DNA from: Tubulanus polymorphus
Taxonomy: Eukaryota; Animalia; Nemertea
DNA length: 64,000 nucleotides
Direction of reading: 5' to 3'
NCBI RefSeq assembly: GCF_964204645.1
Contig: NC_134027.1
Location: 17,260,560-17,324,559 of the forward strand
Position 1 is the stretch's first letter. The number at the start of each line of letters is the position of its first letter. The position numbers were made by a program, and so were the translations under genes. Below the pieces are notes generated by a model, which was not told where the DNA came from, made no database searches, and saw only the letters and a program-made list of their open reading frames with translations. Positions 12,766 to 26,675 of this stretch are shown piece by piece.

Positions 12766-15700
12766 TTAATAGTTCAAGAGTGTAGTTTTTTTGAATCGTG
12801 AGATAAAAGAATTTATGGTAGCAGCTTTGCGAAGGTGATCATCAGTTTTCTGCCAAAGAATTGGAGTTCTACTTAAAAAAGAATCGTGAAAGAGTTTCGT
12901 GGTATGAAATTGGACTCTGGCATTATTCCTGTTTCTAGTGTTATAATTGTGGAATTTTGAATTTAAATCTAGTAAATTGTAGATAGACAAAGGGAGCTTT
13001 TTATGAGAATGATTAAATCCAAACATAAGAATTTCTAATTTGACAAGATCGGCAAATTTTAAAATTTTGTATTTTTTGAAAATAGGGGATGTTGGTGCAT
13101 TGAAGGCAGCATTATCTATGAGTCGTACAGCTTTTTCCTGGATTTTGAAAATACTATTAGTTTGCTCAGAGGAAAGCAGTTGACCCCAGACAACCAGTGC
13201 ATAAATAAGATGACAGTGAATATATGAATTGTAAATAGTTTTTTTCAAAAAACCTGGGAACATATTCTTAACAGTCCTTAGCAGGTACAAATTTTTATTC
13301 ATTTTATTGATAAGCTGTTTAATATGCAAATTCCAATTGAGATCAGCATCAATATTTAATCCTAGAAATTTACAGTCAGTAGATAATTCTATATTTAAAT
13401 TTTCTAATTCTATTTTTAAGTTGTCTGATCTCAATAGATGCCTTTTTTGTTTGAATAGTAAGTATTTAGTTTTTTCAATGTTCAGGGTAAGTTGATTGGC
13501 ATGGAACCAGGAGGTTAATAATTTTAAATCATTTTTAGCATTTTGAAACAGTTCAGAAAGATTCTTTTCAGTACATAGAAGGTTTGTATCATCGGCAAAT
13601 GAGATGGCTTTAGAATGTTTGAGATTATTATTTAGATCGTTAATGTAAACAAGAAAGAGAAGCGGACCTAAGACTGAGCCTTGTGGTACTCCATGCGTAA
13701 GCGTGTTGAAAGTCGAGTCAGCATTATTGTAGTGAACATAAATTTTTCTATCTTTGAGATAACTATGAAACCAGTTGAATGCGTGTCCCCTAATTCCATA
13801 GTGATATAATTTATACAGTAGTTTGTCAATATTTAACGAGTCAAATGCCTTTGATAGGTCAAGACATATACCCAAAGAAAAATTTCTTTTTTCTAAATTA
13901 GCGATAATGTTACCAATAAAATCAGCTATGGCATGAGTTGTAGAATGATTTGGTCTGAAGCCATATTGCGTAGTATTTAGAATTTCAAATTTAAACAAGA
14001 AATGATATAGTCGCTTATGAACAAGTTTTTCCAAGATCTTGGATAAGACTGGTAGTAGGGAAATTGGACGGTAATTGTTTAGAGTCTGTTTGCTTCCAGT
14101 TTTATGAAGAGGAATAACCTTTGCTATTTTCATTTTATCTGGGAATTTGCCTTCTTGAAGAGATTTATTACAAAGAATAGTCATAGGATTAATAATTGAG
14201 GGAGCAATAAATTTCAATAGTTTATTGCTTAAAATATCTGGACCCGTACTTTGTTTAGGCGAAAGCTGGTTGATCATTTTAAATATTTCCTCACTATTTG
14301 TAGGTTGCAGGAACATAACATTGTCATTTTTATTAGGAAGAAATGCCATAAAATTAGTAGTAGTGTGAGGTATTTTTTCTGAATACTTTCTGCCAACCGA
14401 AGAAAAGAAATCATTAAATGCAAGACTAATTTCGGAATTATCAGTAACCGTTTTTCCATCAATCTTAAAATTTGTCGTAATTGATGTTTTATCATTAGTC
14501 TTGCCAATTAGTTCTTTAATGAATTGCCACATTTTACGACAGTTTTTTCCAAAGGAATTAATTTTCTAATTATAAAAATCTATTTTTTGACGTCTTTTAA
14601 CATAGTTGAGCCGATTACGATAATTTATATAGTTTTTATAACGTTGGTCTGATTTATCTAACCCAATAACTTTTTTGTATAGATTATCACATTTCTTTGA
14701 GGATCTCAGAATAGAGTTAGTCATCCACGGCTCAATTAATTTGTTTTTCTTTTTTTAATTTCTGGAGCTATACTATTAATAGTATTAGTAATATTTGTCA
14801 TAATAAAGTCATACGATTCACTACAATTCATATTATCCAAATTTGACCAGTTAACATTTAAAAGGGTGTTATTTATTGATTGTATATTTTTAGCATTAAG
14901 GTTACGGGAGAAGAATTCATTTGTTGTTGGTCTAACATTATATACAATAGAAACGAAACAAGGCAAGTGATCCGAAATATCAGTTAGTAGTATTGCACTA
15001 GTGTGATTACTATTTAGTTCGGGAGAGAGGTATATGTTATCAATTAGAGTAGCAGTGGACTTTGGGATTCTTGTAGGTCGCAGTATTGTAGGGCATAGAC
15101 TATTGTTTAGGTTGATTTCTAAGAATTTTGATGTATTTTTATGACTATTGATCTTAATGTAGTCTAAATTCTGATCCATACCAAGAACTATCTCTGATTT
15201 TTCGTTATTAATTTTTGTAATTAAAGTTCTGTATTTTTCAAGAAACATTAGTTCGCTATTGCCAGGTACTCTATATAATTCACCAATAATAATTTTCTTT
15301 TTAGATTGAGTTTTAGGATAAATTTCTATGAAACACGATTCAAATTTACCTTCTTCAAAAATGTCCAAATCAGTTCTCGGGTTGTACGATATATTATCAT
15401 TAACGTAGATGGCGACTCCTCCTTGAGATAAATTTAGTCTATGATTTTCAATTAAATGATAGTTAGATAATTTACAAAGAGGTGCATTTTTATCTGTTAG
15501 AAAGGTTTCACATATCATTATGACATCTATAATAATATTTTGATTTTTAAAGATTTCTATCATAATTTTGAGTTTATCAATTTTTGAATAGAGACTACGT
15601 ACATTCAGTTGTAAGATATTAAGGTTGTTGGTAGTATTGAAATTATATACATCTTTCAGGTCACTGGGTTTAGTATATTGACATTGATTACTATCTAGAA

Positions 15701-15794
15701 TCAGATCATCATCAATGATTGAATTTAAATAATAATTTTTATCATTAGCTTTTTGTTTGAATAATTTAAAAAAATCTGTGTTGCCAAGACACAT
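12766..15794 (-). pseudogene. LINE ORF2: APE endonuclease plus reverse transcriptase, one frameshift near 14740
   Basis: LQLNVRSL, ICET, GGVAIYV, LYRVP, LIDNIY, ISDHLP; then PWMT, NYRPISLL, QYGFR, LDLSKAFD, GVPQGSVLGPLLF, FADDT. Confidence 0.95.
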
Positions 15795-16589
15795 AATAAT
15801 TTAGAACAAATACGTAAAACCAAAAAGAAGAAAATTTGATAAGGAAAAAAAAGAAAAAAAAAGAGTTGTAATAAACAAAAAAAAATGCACAAAAAGATGC
15901 TGACCTTTGACCGCCGTATACGGCAATAGTCAGCTAGTACTTGGTAGGTAGTTGATTAAATCAACTATGAGGCCAAGGCATATGTGTCAAGGTTACAAAA
16001 GAATCTTATATTTTAGTCAAACAGATTTAGAGATAAGCACTGTAGCTTGTGTTTATAATATTGACTACGTACTTTGAATTAATATGATCATCAATAGGAA
16101 AAATAAATCAAAATAGAATAAAGTAAATACTCTGTTGAAACCACGCTATCAACTGAGTTAAAAATAATTGACAATTTACATACTTAGCTTCTTTACTTTA
16201 AACTATCGAGTAATAGTGTCACCGAGTAACTTAAGAATATGCCAAGTCTTAGAAAAGGCAGACATACAAAAGTAAGAAACAGTATACAATATACAGTTCA
16301 CCAGTATAGATGTGTCCTAGGTCATACCGGTAATACTAAATAAGTGTGTTTGAGCTTTTAGGTAATTTAGTTATAAATATTCATACTTTTTGGCTATCAT
16401 GACACTTGAGGGAAAACCAATTCAGCTTTAACGGTGTCACTCTTGAAATAGATGCTTACTTATTGAATGATTAAGTTATGTACAGATATTATGTTAGGTC
16501 ATTAATCGAAAAAGATTATCCGCAAGAATTAATTACACCGGTATATGAATCATTTAAAAAGTCACCTTTTGGATCATATCTCTAGTCCT

Positions 16590-17471
16590 TTATGGAAGAT
16601 TCTCAAATAACTTCAGTCTAATTATCTGTCCATTTTTAATTGCAAGCACCTTGCCATGAGATACAAACACAGTCTCGTATTTACCACTTTTGGAAGCATC
16701 ATCCCTAAGTTTGGATACTTCAGGCGCTAAGTCCTCCTGTATAACAAATCCGGTTCCTTTAAGTTTTTTCCTGTTTTGTAGAACACGATCTCTAATTCCA
16801 CGAAATTTAAAACGCACAATTATGCCCGGTGGCTTTGGCTTAACAGAATTATTCGGTTGGTGACGCTGTATCAATCTATGAGCAACTTCAATATCATCCT
16901 GTGATACTTTTTCGCCCTGTGGTAGTTGCAGCTTTTAATCACTTTGTCAATTACAATTTTGGAACAATTTTCATTGTCTTTTACCGCTGGTAAAGAGGGA
17001 CCATATATTCGTAAATTGTTTCTTCGCGAGTATTGGTTATTCTCTACTACTCCGATTTTGAGTTTTTTATATCCAATTTAAGAGAATTATTTTCAGTTGT
17101 TAGTTCAGTTACTTTTCTTTCGTAGTCTTTGATTGTTTTTTCCATCATGCCAATTCGGTCAGTTAGAGATTTAATTTCAGTCTGAACAATTGTCGTTATT
17201 TCTGCAGTCAAAGTTTTTTGAACTGATCCATATATGTTTCCATGTAGGTTATCGTAAGTGTTTCAGCTGATTCACTTGAATTAGATGAAGCTGGCCTAGG
17301 ACGTTTATTACAGCGATTGTTTGTACTGGTATTAGAGTCTTCCATGAGATTATCTGCATCGCTGAACACTTTATCTGCCGTTGGTTCTTTATTCTGGCCT
17401 TGTTCTATAGACGGATCTTTTGTGAAGGCTGTTATAGTAGTCTGAGTCTGAGACGCCATGTCATCTGTCAA
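16590..17471 (-). pseudogene. LINE ORF1 (coiled coil plus RRM/CTD type), frameshifted
   Basis: NQYSRRNNLRIYG-like segment, then PPGIIVRF...RKKLKGTGFVIQEDL. Confidence 0.8.
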
Positions 17472-17632
17472 TCAGCTGTCACTCAGTCACAACACAAATA
17501 GATATATGTTTAATCCTTTATAGACCAACGACGAAAATAAGTGAGTGAGTAGAGTAGTCCATGACACCTGTCACTGTTGATATTTTTCGCATTGATATTC
17601 ACAAAATATTCACAAATACACTCAAACGGCAC

Positions 17633-20600
17633 CGGTTCCTGAACTTCGCTGAAAAAGCTGAATCACTGAAACGCTGAAACGCTGAAATAAAAACGCTGAA
17701 ATTTCAGGGAATTTCCGAAAAACGCCGAAATTTCAGGGAATTCCCGAAAAACGCTGAAATCGTGCTAGGTACCAACAATACACGTTTTGAAATATTTTCC
17801 GGGCCGGTGTCCGCTGCCGAGTCCTGAACCGTGTTTTAGTCTCTACCTTCGGTTACAGAGACATGCATGGACAGTATGTGTGGAGTATACTTCTAGAGGG
17901 CCACTTGTTGGACAAATTAATTCGCTTGAAATCCGGATTTTTAATGCATACAGGCAGCATAATGAGGAAAACCCATTCACAAACCGTGCAAGCCAACTTA
18001 AACACTATGCTCAATATTCCCTGCAAGACGCAAAATATCTTATTTGAACGTTCATGTATAAAACATGCAGCAACTTTTCTTTTGTCAACACGTTGATGGG
18101 CGACGGACTATGTCACTATGGTATTCTATGAAGGAGGTAAATTAAATTTGACAGCTAGTTATATAAATGATGCAGCTTTTAGACAAAAGGGATCTAACTA
18201 AATTTCTTTTTAATTCACTGTGGAATGGAATGGAATGGATTGACGCCAATGGCATGCAGTAGGCCCCTACGTATGGGTCATACTGATTAGCGTCAACCAA
18301 TTAATCTAAATCGGGCTAACCATTCAACAACTGTGAATAATTTATTTGCTGTGGCGTGATAATAATTAGTTTTTTTGAAGAAATGACATACCAACTGTTA
18401 GAAAAATGTACCGATTCTTATTTTTAGACTACTACTGAATCTATAAAAGGAGGAGTCATAGACAAAGTTGATTTGCTTAGCTGGTGACACTTCTTGTCAA
18501 GTACATCATCTCAAGTACTGGGTGTTTTGTAAGTTTAATTTCAGTATTTATTTTCTAAGTGCTGTTCTCTCGGACCTCAGTGCTTTCAAACTAGGCCCAC
18601 CCCATAGGCTATATAGTCCAGGGTGCATTAGCCACTATTCTTTTATATCCGACTAAAATGCACCTTTTTCTATTTTTAGATTCAGGCTTAGAATGTGCAA
18701 ATTTTTTGAGATACTGAGAAATCAGATGGCACCAGTAAACTTCAACTGCGAAATTTGCAGCAGGATAGCTGAACGACACAATTTTTAAAAATAAAATGGC
18801 TATTCGAATGCTATTTCAATAATAACTTGATTCAACCTGAGAGAAATAAGTCAATTGCGGATGTACAGTACACCCACTTTTCTTCCCTGTTTCCTGGTAC
18901 CAAATTTTTAGTCTTAAGCTAAGCGATATTCTAAGGTACACTAGTGGATTTCATTAGAATATGAAGCAATGGAACCAGAATTCTAGCCAGAGTTAAGCGA
19001 ACTATTGATTCTGATATAATGTAAGAACTGATTTCCTTTGTATACTCTTGCAGAATGTGTTATGTTTTATTGCAAGCTGTTAAATAATATAGTTAGACAA
19101 ATGTCCAATTATTGGATCTTTCTTGTTGACTCGTTTAATTTTGTGAGTTAAGAGTTCCAGTCAATCCACAATGTGCAGTGCCTAGCCTTCATCTACACTA
19201 AAGCCAAGCCTGTGTATGGGAAAAAAATATCGTTCGACTCCTATAGGCCAGACACATCAAAGCATGCAATACATTGCAGATAGTAGTCTCCGGCAAGTCG
19301 AAAGAGAAAGTGAACCAGGTTTTACCCCGTACCCTACCCGGGAACAAAGACACTTAAAGATTCCTTCCTCCCTGTAGAAATTGTAGAAATATGGCACCCA
19401 ATTGTAGCAATGCTAAGTACAGTATACTATGACGGTTGAACCTTTCTTAACGAATTTCAATGACACCGAAAATAGAATCAAAATAATCATTAGTTCCATG
19501 CTAGCACTTAATTTGGGTTATCAGGTTCAGCCTAACTGTACTTTCATTCAGCTACTACTTGTATGTGTAGCGAAACTAGCGGATTTCGCCGTACATTGGC
19601 GCTAAATTTAAAATCACCTTCTCCCGGATTTCACCGCTCTGCTCCTATCTTATAATATATTATCCTGTTAATGTCTTTTAACTGTATTTATTCGGCGAGA
19701 CCGTGTTGTATCATTTTATAAATGTCCGTGTTTTGTAATTGGGTCGATGTTTCGCGACCGGTTGTTCCGGGTCCGCGTTTATTCATTTTAACCCTTCTGA
19801 TTGAATTGGATTTGTAATTATTACTTATATCTTCCGAGTGCGGGGTTCGAACCCTTTCAACTCATTTATTACTTTAAGAACATTTATCGCTCATGTATAT
19901 TATAATATTACCTTTGTGATGATATTTTAAATTATTCTTTGTATCTCTCGTGTCCGCCGTGACCTTTTGCAGCTGGCGTGCGGTTGCCCGGCTCCGCTCT
20001 CATTGTCGCTGGAACTCAGCCAACCTCGAAGTCACGTGGCACGCGTAACCAATCACGCGTGTCCGGGCTTTTGTTCCAGCCAATGAGAGCGCGGCGGGGA
20101 CAATCGCGGGCTATAAAAGGCACGCGGAGCGCGAGATTCAAGAACAAACCGTTCACTCGGACTGTCCGTGCAACTTAAAGCTTGCAAGCGCCGCAGAAAA
20201 CGTTACGTAATTCTTGTATTGACTGCACATACCAGTAATTATATATAATGTAAGAACCTGCCCGTCCGTGTCCCCGTGTCCACATGCGGGCACCCGGACC
20301 GCTCTAATTAGTTGTAAATAGTATTTGCCGTTATTGATGTTCAGGGTCGGCGTTGTCCCCGGCGGACGCCGCGTTGTCCCCGGCGGACATGGTTGTTCCC
20401 CCTGACGCCGTGTTTGTCCCGGACTCCGCGTTGTCCGGGCGGGAGCCCTTTTGTATATAGTAACCGTGTTCGGAATGACCGACTGTGTAATTGTAAATAG
20501 TGTTTGGAAATTAATTCGAGGCTTGCATCGGATTTCGGGCGTTTATAGCTGCAAATAAATATATATTAGTTAGTAATTCAAAATTAGCATCGGGCCGTTT

Positions 20601-21415
20601 CTTTGAGTTATCGTGGACTTGATCGGAGTGAGGAAGAGAGTCAGAGTCAAGTAGTCTAACTTTTAGGACACGAGGAATCCGGTCAGCTGAGGAGAGGCCG
20701 GAGTCACGCTACCGACATTTTGTCCGGCAGAGGATTCCAGCTGAATTACTAGCCTCCAAGAGGAGGACGAGCGGACCCGGACGTACCCACCAACGGTGAA
20801 GAGGCACGACGAGATAGAGGGCGCCCCGAGAGGATACGGGCCGTGTGTGAGGCCTAAGTTGGGTGGAGGCGGGACAAGCACAGCTGCGCAGGAGTTGCTT
20901 GTCCCCCGCGAAATCCAAATATTACTGAGAAGCTATTTTGGTTACCGTGTCCACGGAATCCGTTACATATGAGACTTGGCAATGATAAGTTGCAAGAAAT
21001 CACCAAACATAAGAAAAAATATTGTGAATTAATATTACTGTGATTAAGAATTTATTCAAATGAAGTGATAACTTCATTGTTAGATCGTACCGGTATATGC
21101 ACATAAAACTATGGCAAAAAACACATCTAACAATCCACGCAATCCGCAATCGATCAAGTCGATCATGACGACGACCTTAAGGCATGTCTCTGTAACCGAA
21201 GGTAGAGCATAAAACACGGTTCAGGACTCGTCAGCGGACACCGGCCCGGAAAAAATTTCAAAACGTGTATTGTCGGTACCTAGCACGATTTCAGCGTTTT
21301 TCGGGAATTCCCTGAAATTTCGGCGTTTTTCGGAAATTCCCTGAAATTTCAGCGTTTTTATTTCAGCGTTTCAGCTTTTCAGTGTTTCAGCTTTTTCAGC
21401 GAAGTTCAGGAACCG
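17633..21415. mobile_element. Non-autonomous TIR DNA transposon (Mutator-like), copy 2
   Basis: About 230-bp TIRs CGGTTCCTGAAC...GTTCAGGAACCG; 9-bp TSD AAACGGCAC at 17624-17632 and 21416-21424. Confidence 0.92.
19566..20967 (+). mobile_element. 1.4-kb solo LTR (Ty3/Gypsy-like)
   Basis: TGTAGCG...CGTTACA, 4-bp TSD TATG; absent at the same site in copy 1 (about 5243); CCAAT boxes at about 20049 and 20080, TATAAAA at about 20113, AATAAA at about 20554. Confidence 0.88.
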
Positions 21416-21602
21416 AAACGGCACATATCCGATCAGAAAAATTTCAAGACATCTCTAGATCCGACCGAGATAATTTAGCTTTTCGCAATGATACAAAAAT
21501 CTCTAAATTATTTCCGACACATACCCCTGAAAAAGGCAGTTTTCAGGAGCTAAGTGCGCACACGACTGACCAGGTCGGCCATATTTTCAATCTTAAGAAG
21601 AC

Positions 21603-23628
21603 TATCATGCGGTACATTTCTTTGTTTTAATTTGGATTTTTATCGGAGTATATATTAACGTTTCTTGTGGATGTAATATTGTTTAATAATGCTAAATATA
21701 ATTCTCTTGTAAATTAATCAGCCTGATATTGATATGTGAAATGGGGCATCAACATCGATGAGTTGTTTGTATTAATTGAATTAGGTAATTAGTTGTGCTC
21801 AAAAGTAATATCAGTGTCACAAACATGTCAGCAGTACTCATACAGTAGTACTCTCTCCATTAAATATAAACAAAAATAATGTTAAGCACACAGTTTTCTA
21901 GTTGGAGTTGTAAAATAGAAGGTGAAAATAAATCATCTAAATTCAAGATCATGACGTTATTTCAATGATGAGAAAAGGACAAGATATTCACGTCATGACA
22001 CTGGTGGAGAACCCGTGGGCAGTTGTAAAACTGTAACTGCCCGATCCATACCTCTCGTAGCTAGAAGTTGCCCAAGTCAGGAAAATGTACCAATCACGTC
22101 AGAATAGCAGTTTCAACGGTGTATATAACAATGGTAGAAGAACTTTCAGGAAAAAGAAGTGCTTCTCGTGTGGATTTAGAGTCTGGGATATATGGTATCA
22201 CAAGGAACATCAGTGCTCAGCAAATTCCAAGAGATGTTACAATTGCAGCAAAATAGGACACTATGCCAGGGTATGTTACTCATATTGGTTTTCTCAAGGC
22301 GTGGACTGTACGAGGAAGTCAAAATTTCCGTTACAAAATTGTGTTGTTAATTGCGAACAAAATCAGACTATTGTTTCTGTTTCGAAATGTGATGCGGCAA
22401 ACCAGACAAGTGAAGATATAAAATTTGATAAAGAAATAATGTGCCAGTCAGAGGTTTTGAATATTAGTGTTCAGACATTGCCGGTTAAACACTTCCAAAA
22501 GATTAAACATAAAGCGGTTATGTGTGACATTGAATGCGATTGTAAATTAGTGAATCGGGAACTACAGGAACTTAAAGAAAATCAGTCGGTTTTGGAAAAT
22601 AAGTTACTCGAACAACAAAATCAGTTAAAATTTGTGAAGCAACAATTGGATAAAGCGGAAGCTGAGTTGAATTGTTATAAATCTAAGGAAGTTCAATGTG
22701 CACAACCATGTAAAACAACCTCTGAATCAGACTCAGACTCCGTCCTAGAGGGATTCCCGCGTTTTGAACTTATGAATGAGTGTAATACGTTTCCAGTGTT
22801 CAAACCAAAAACTTACAAAAATATTCGAGATATTTATGTTGAGGTGAATTTGAAGCCATTTTCAGAAGACACTGTCTCTGATCTTAGAAATGAGTATGAA
22901 ATCAATTTTCCAGAATCTGAATTTGAGTTCCTGAGAGAAATGCTAACATCTCTGTCGATTTCTGATGTGCTTACTGAGTTATCAGTGCAATTCGAAATTC
23001 ATTCCTCTGTATTCATTGTAACGATGCCAACCAAAAAAAGTTCATATCTATTACCGGAGGAACTCGCAATTCGTTATTTACCGAAAAATCAAAACCGTAA
23101 AATTTTCTTGGAGTACGACGTGAAACGCTACAGAAAAATAATTCAATAATATTCGTTTTAATGATTCAAGACTAAAATATTAAACTCTTAGTGAGAAGTT
23201 CTGCCGCAACTTTTGGGGCAAAAGTTTTCGAAGAAGGGAGGTGTATCATGCAGTACATTTCTTTGTTTTAATTTGGATTTTTATCGGAGTGTATATTAAC
23301 GTTTCTTGTGGATGTAATATTGTTTAATAATGCTAAATATAATTCTCTTGTAAATTAATCAGCCTGATATTGATATGTGAAATGGGGCATCAACATCGAT
23401 GAGTTGTTTGTATTAACTGGATTAGGTAATTAGTTGTGCTCAAAAGTAATATCAGTGTCACAAACATGTCAGTGTCAAAACATGTCAGCAGTACTCATAC
23501 AGTAGTACTCTATCCACACAGTTTTCTAGTTGGAGTTGTAAAATAGAAGTTGAAAATAAATCATCTAAATTCAAGATCATGATGTTATTTCAATGATGAG
23601 AAAAGGACAAGATATTCACGTCATGACA
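21603..23628 (+). mobile_element. Non-autonomous gag-only LTR retrotransposon
   Basis: LTRs 21603-22000 and 23244-23628; PBS TGGTGGAGAA at 22002 (tRNA-Ala-like); PPT GAAGAAGGGAGG at 23230-23241; 4-bp TSD AGAC. Confidence 0.9.
22085..23149 (+). CDS. Gag-like zinc-knuckle protein with coiled coil
   Basis: Open 354-aa ORF; CFSCG...H...C followed by CYNCSKIGHYARVC (CCHC knuckle); heptad-rich segment LQELKENQ...AEAEL. Confidence 0.75.
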   Translation: MYQSRQNSSFNGVYNNGRRTFRKKKCFSCGFRVWDIWYHKEHQCSANSKRCYNCSKIGHYARVCYSYWFSQGVDCTRKSKFPLQNCVVNCEQNQTIVSVSKCDAANQTSEDIKFDKEIMCQSEVLNISVQTLPVKHFQKIKHKAVMCDIECDCKLVNRELQELKENQSVLENKLLEQQNQLKFVKQQLDKAEAELNCYKSKEVQCAQPCKTTSESDSDSVLEGFPRFELMNECNTFPVFKPKTYKNIRDIYVEVNLKPFSEDTVSDLRNEYEINFPESEFEFLREMLTSLSISDVLTELSVQFEIHSSVFIVTMPTKKSSYLLPEELAIRYLPKNQNRKIFLEYDVKRYRKIIQ

Positions 23629-25934
23629 AGACACTTTCTAGAATCCACATATACGCGTTTATCAAAGGGACGTCCTCCGGGCGCCAGGGGCGCCCGGCGT
23701 CCGTCTATTATAGATTTATAGATACCTTTTGTTCAACATTCCGAAATTTTCCCTGGGTTTTGTGTGACCTTCTGACACAGGCCTAACACTGTTTGTCAAC
23801 TGTCTGTGACTGTGTGTTCCGTAGTAGTAGGTGTGGCGAAAATTGTCTATATCTGGGGTGGGTTTGACCACAAAATGTCGGTCTTTTGTGAAATTATATT
23901 AGGCTATGTATTTCGGAATGGCCTTAAGCCGTTCTTTTCTCATTGTTTCTTTTTAGATGTACGTATTCCGGGACGGGGCTGAGTGTTCTGCGGCGATGTT
24001 TCGGGATCTTTTCGGCTCAATTTCAATCTGACAGATTTTTGGCAGTTCTGTCAGATTCCAATTTTACGACCTCTGGGCAGGCCCCCGCGGTGTTGGCCAC
24101 GCCACATCGCGGTGATATTAGCGATTTTTCGGCGCCTGTCCAGGCCATTCTTTTATTCTCCACCTACCTATTAGTGTGTGTTCACCTTTTTATATTTGAG
24201 ACCCAACTTCTTTGATTTTGGGCCGTTTTGGTTCCGTCTCGTCGCCGGAGAATTCTCCAGCCCTGCTCATGTTTACGGCAAAAGGTTGAAAGCCTGTTTT
24301 GCTCGATGGCTAGTGACGTCAACAAGATCGCCTTTTTGTTACTCCCACAGCTAAACAACTCACTTTTAACGGTTAACCGAATTTGAATTTGCTGTCAAGT
24401 GTATTCTTGCTGGCTGTTGATTAAAAGATTGTGAATCATGTTTTCCGAACGTGTTAAGCTTGTCTCCGGACCAGTTGGTGGGAATATTGGTTTGAAAAAG
24501 AGGTAGATTGCTAGATTATAAAAAACTCACTGGGTAACACTGGTGAACGCCGCGAGCATCGCCATCGTGCACGGTGGTGCAGGCGTCGCGACCGCGCGGC
24601 GGCAGGGCTTTTTAATTTTGGCTTTTGCCAGTTTTGGTGTCTTGTTATTGCCACCATGGCCACGTTACCACCACACTCACATTGTCGCTAGGCCTACTGT
24701 ACTGCCACTACTTTACTTGCTACTTACTCGGCTAATTTGTCTTCATCCACGCTTACTCCCCCCTCCCAATGTTAACAAGTAATTTCTGCCAACCGAACCA
24801 CCAGTCGCAGTAGCCGTAGGCAGTATACTATAGTGCAGTAGTGGTAGTGGGTACCCAGTGGCATGCCATTGCCATGCCACTGGGTATAGGCCTATGTTGC
24901 CCGTACACAGTCACCACCTACTAGGCCTTAAATATTCCAACAACCATTCCAAATCCAGCAACAAAAAATAAACAATAAATTTTAAGGCCTCGAAACAGAA
25001 TGGTAGTTCCCTGTATTCAGAGTCAATGAAAATGTATTTCTTGTTGCAGATAGATAGCCTAACCAATTTCAGGATAAGTACTTTTCATTCCTTTATTTAT
25101 ATAGCCTAACTGTTCAATCCTGGCCCTGGCCACTGAGGGTGTATGCATTTAGTCTGGTCCCAGTTTCACTGAGCTAGTTAGCAAACAATTAAGCTGAGAA
25201 ATTTTGTTAAGTGGCAATTCAGGGGCAGATCAGGAGAGTATACAGGGGTGTACACCCCTTAAAACTTTTAAGTTGCACTGAAATTTAAAGGGAAAATGAA
25301 AAATATCAACAAGTATTTTTAAAAAGCTTATATTCCAAAACAAGTTCTCTGTAGGCCTACTTCCAAAATATAGGTATTATGTTTTCTGATGATCTGGTGC
25401 CCTTTTGATTTTTAATATATATGATACTGATACGTATGCCCTATTTTGGGCTGCACCCCTCCCTGAATCAGTCTGCCTGCAATTAAGAGGATGTTTATAG
25501 ATAATTTGATTTAGAGGAATCTTTTTAATTTAGTGCCTGATGTTAGGCCTTCCACAGCCTGGTAGAGGTGGTTTAGGTGAACAAGTTAGTCTTCACACTG
25601 CAGGACTTTTAGGTGAAGGTGAAACTGGCCCTTGTTTATGCATAGGCTACTGTGTGTGCACGCTTATCTTTATGCTTATTCAATTAGAATACCCATGTAG
25701 CTACCAAATAAGCACCGCTTCAGAGGATTTTAGAAATTTTCACTTCAATAACACTGTGTTCTATTTTTGGGCACTAGCTACTATTATGCACAATTTTTTC
25801 AATCAATTCTATCACATTGATATACATATATGTGTCACTTCTTTTGCATATAGAAAGGTCTTACAGTAACCAGTGTGCTCTCTCACACCTCCCTGTGATA
25901 TTGGCCTGAGACTGACAAATAATCTTTTTTGTAG

Positions 25935-26675
25935 CGTATTGGTCTCGTAGCAGACAGCATTTTAAAGTATGCTGGGCTAGATGGTGTAGGCTTATTTGAA
26001 TGGACAAGGATCGTGTGCCCCGGAGGAACCATTGAAACATTGATGGAAGGTAATTTCTCGGTTCAGTACTGATTTATATTGTTCATTTTCATTGGGTTAC
26101 TGATTAGTTGTATATTACAGAATTGAAAAAGGTGAAGCTGAATGTGGAACAACTAATCGTCCATGTTGGAACAAATAATATGACGCGTGATGTCCCGCTT
26201 GAGATTGTTCTGCGAAGACACGTTGAATTAATTCGATTGTTGCTCTATAAATGTACTGGGACCATCATTGTACCAGCTCTTTTTCCTCGATGTGATGAGT
26301 AAGTATCAAGAATAGATTTTTCTTGAAGTACTATATTTATGATCGATGTAATGATTTTTAAATTTCTTTCTTTTTTAAAGTTTCGATGCTGACACAAAGA
26401 TATTTCATTACAATGAAATGCTGCACCGCGAATGCTTTACACTTGGTGTAAAGTTCGTTGATTTTCACTTCTCAAGAGATCTCCTTTCACCGTAAGTAAT
26501 CGTTTAATTTTAATAAGCCCAGTAGGTTATTTGCATTTTCTCGCGATTTAAACTAACTTGTTTTTTTCTAAATTTTGTGATCTAGGACTGACTTGTTACA
26601 CCCCAGCCGTAAGGGAAATCAGTTCATAAATAACAGGATAATGGAACTACTGCTATTGAAAAATGAAGATGAAAT
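25935..26675 (+). CDS. Four spliced exons encoding an SGNH/GDSL-type hydrolase domain
   Basis: Exons 25935-26049, 26121-26298, 26381-26491 and 26586-26675 have GT-AG introns and join in frame to give VADSILK, CPGGTI, HVGTNN and DLLHPSRKG (blocks I, II, III, V). Confidence 0.8.

Larger units (their letters stand above)
12452..21590 (-). mobile_element. Near full-length CR1-group LINE, 5' UTR interrupted by a DNA transposon
   Basis: (ATTC)n-type 3' tail at about 12452-12469, ORF2, about 800-bp spacer, ORF1. The 5' UTR appears to resume after 21415 and end near ATGGCCGACC...GTCGTGTG...AGCTCC (minus strand, about 21545-21585); this 5' limit is inferred. Confidence 0.8.
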
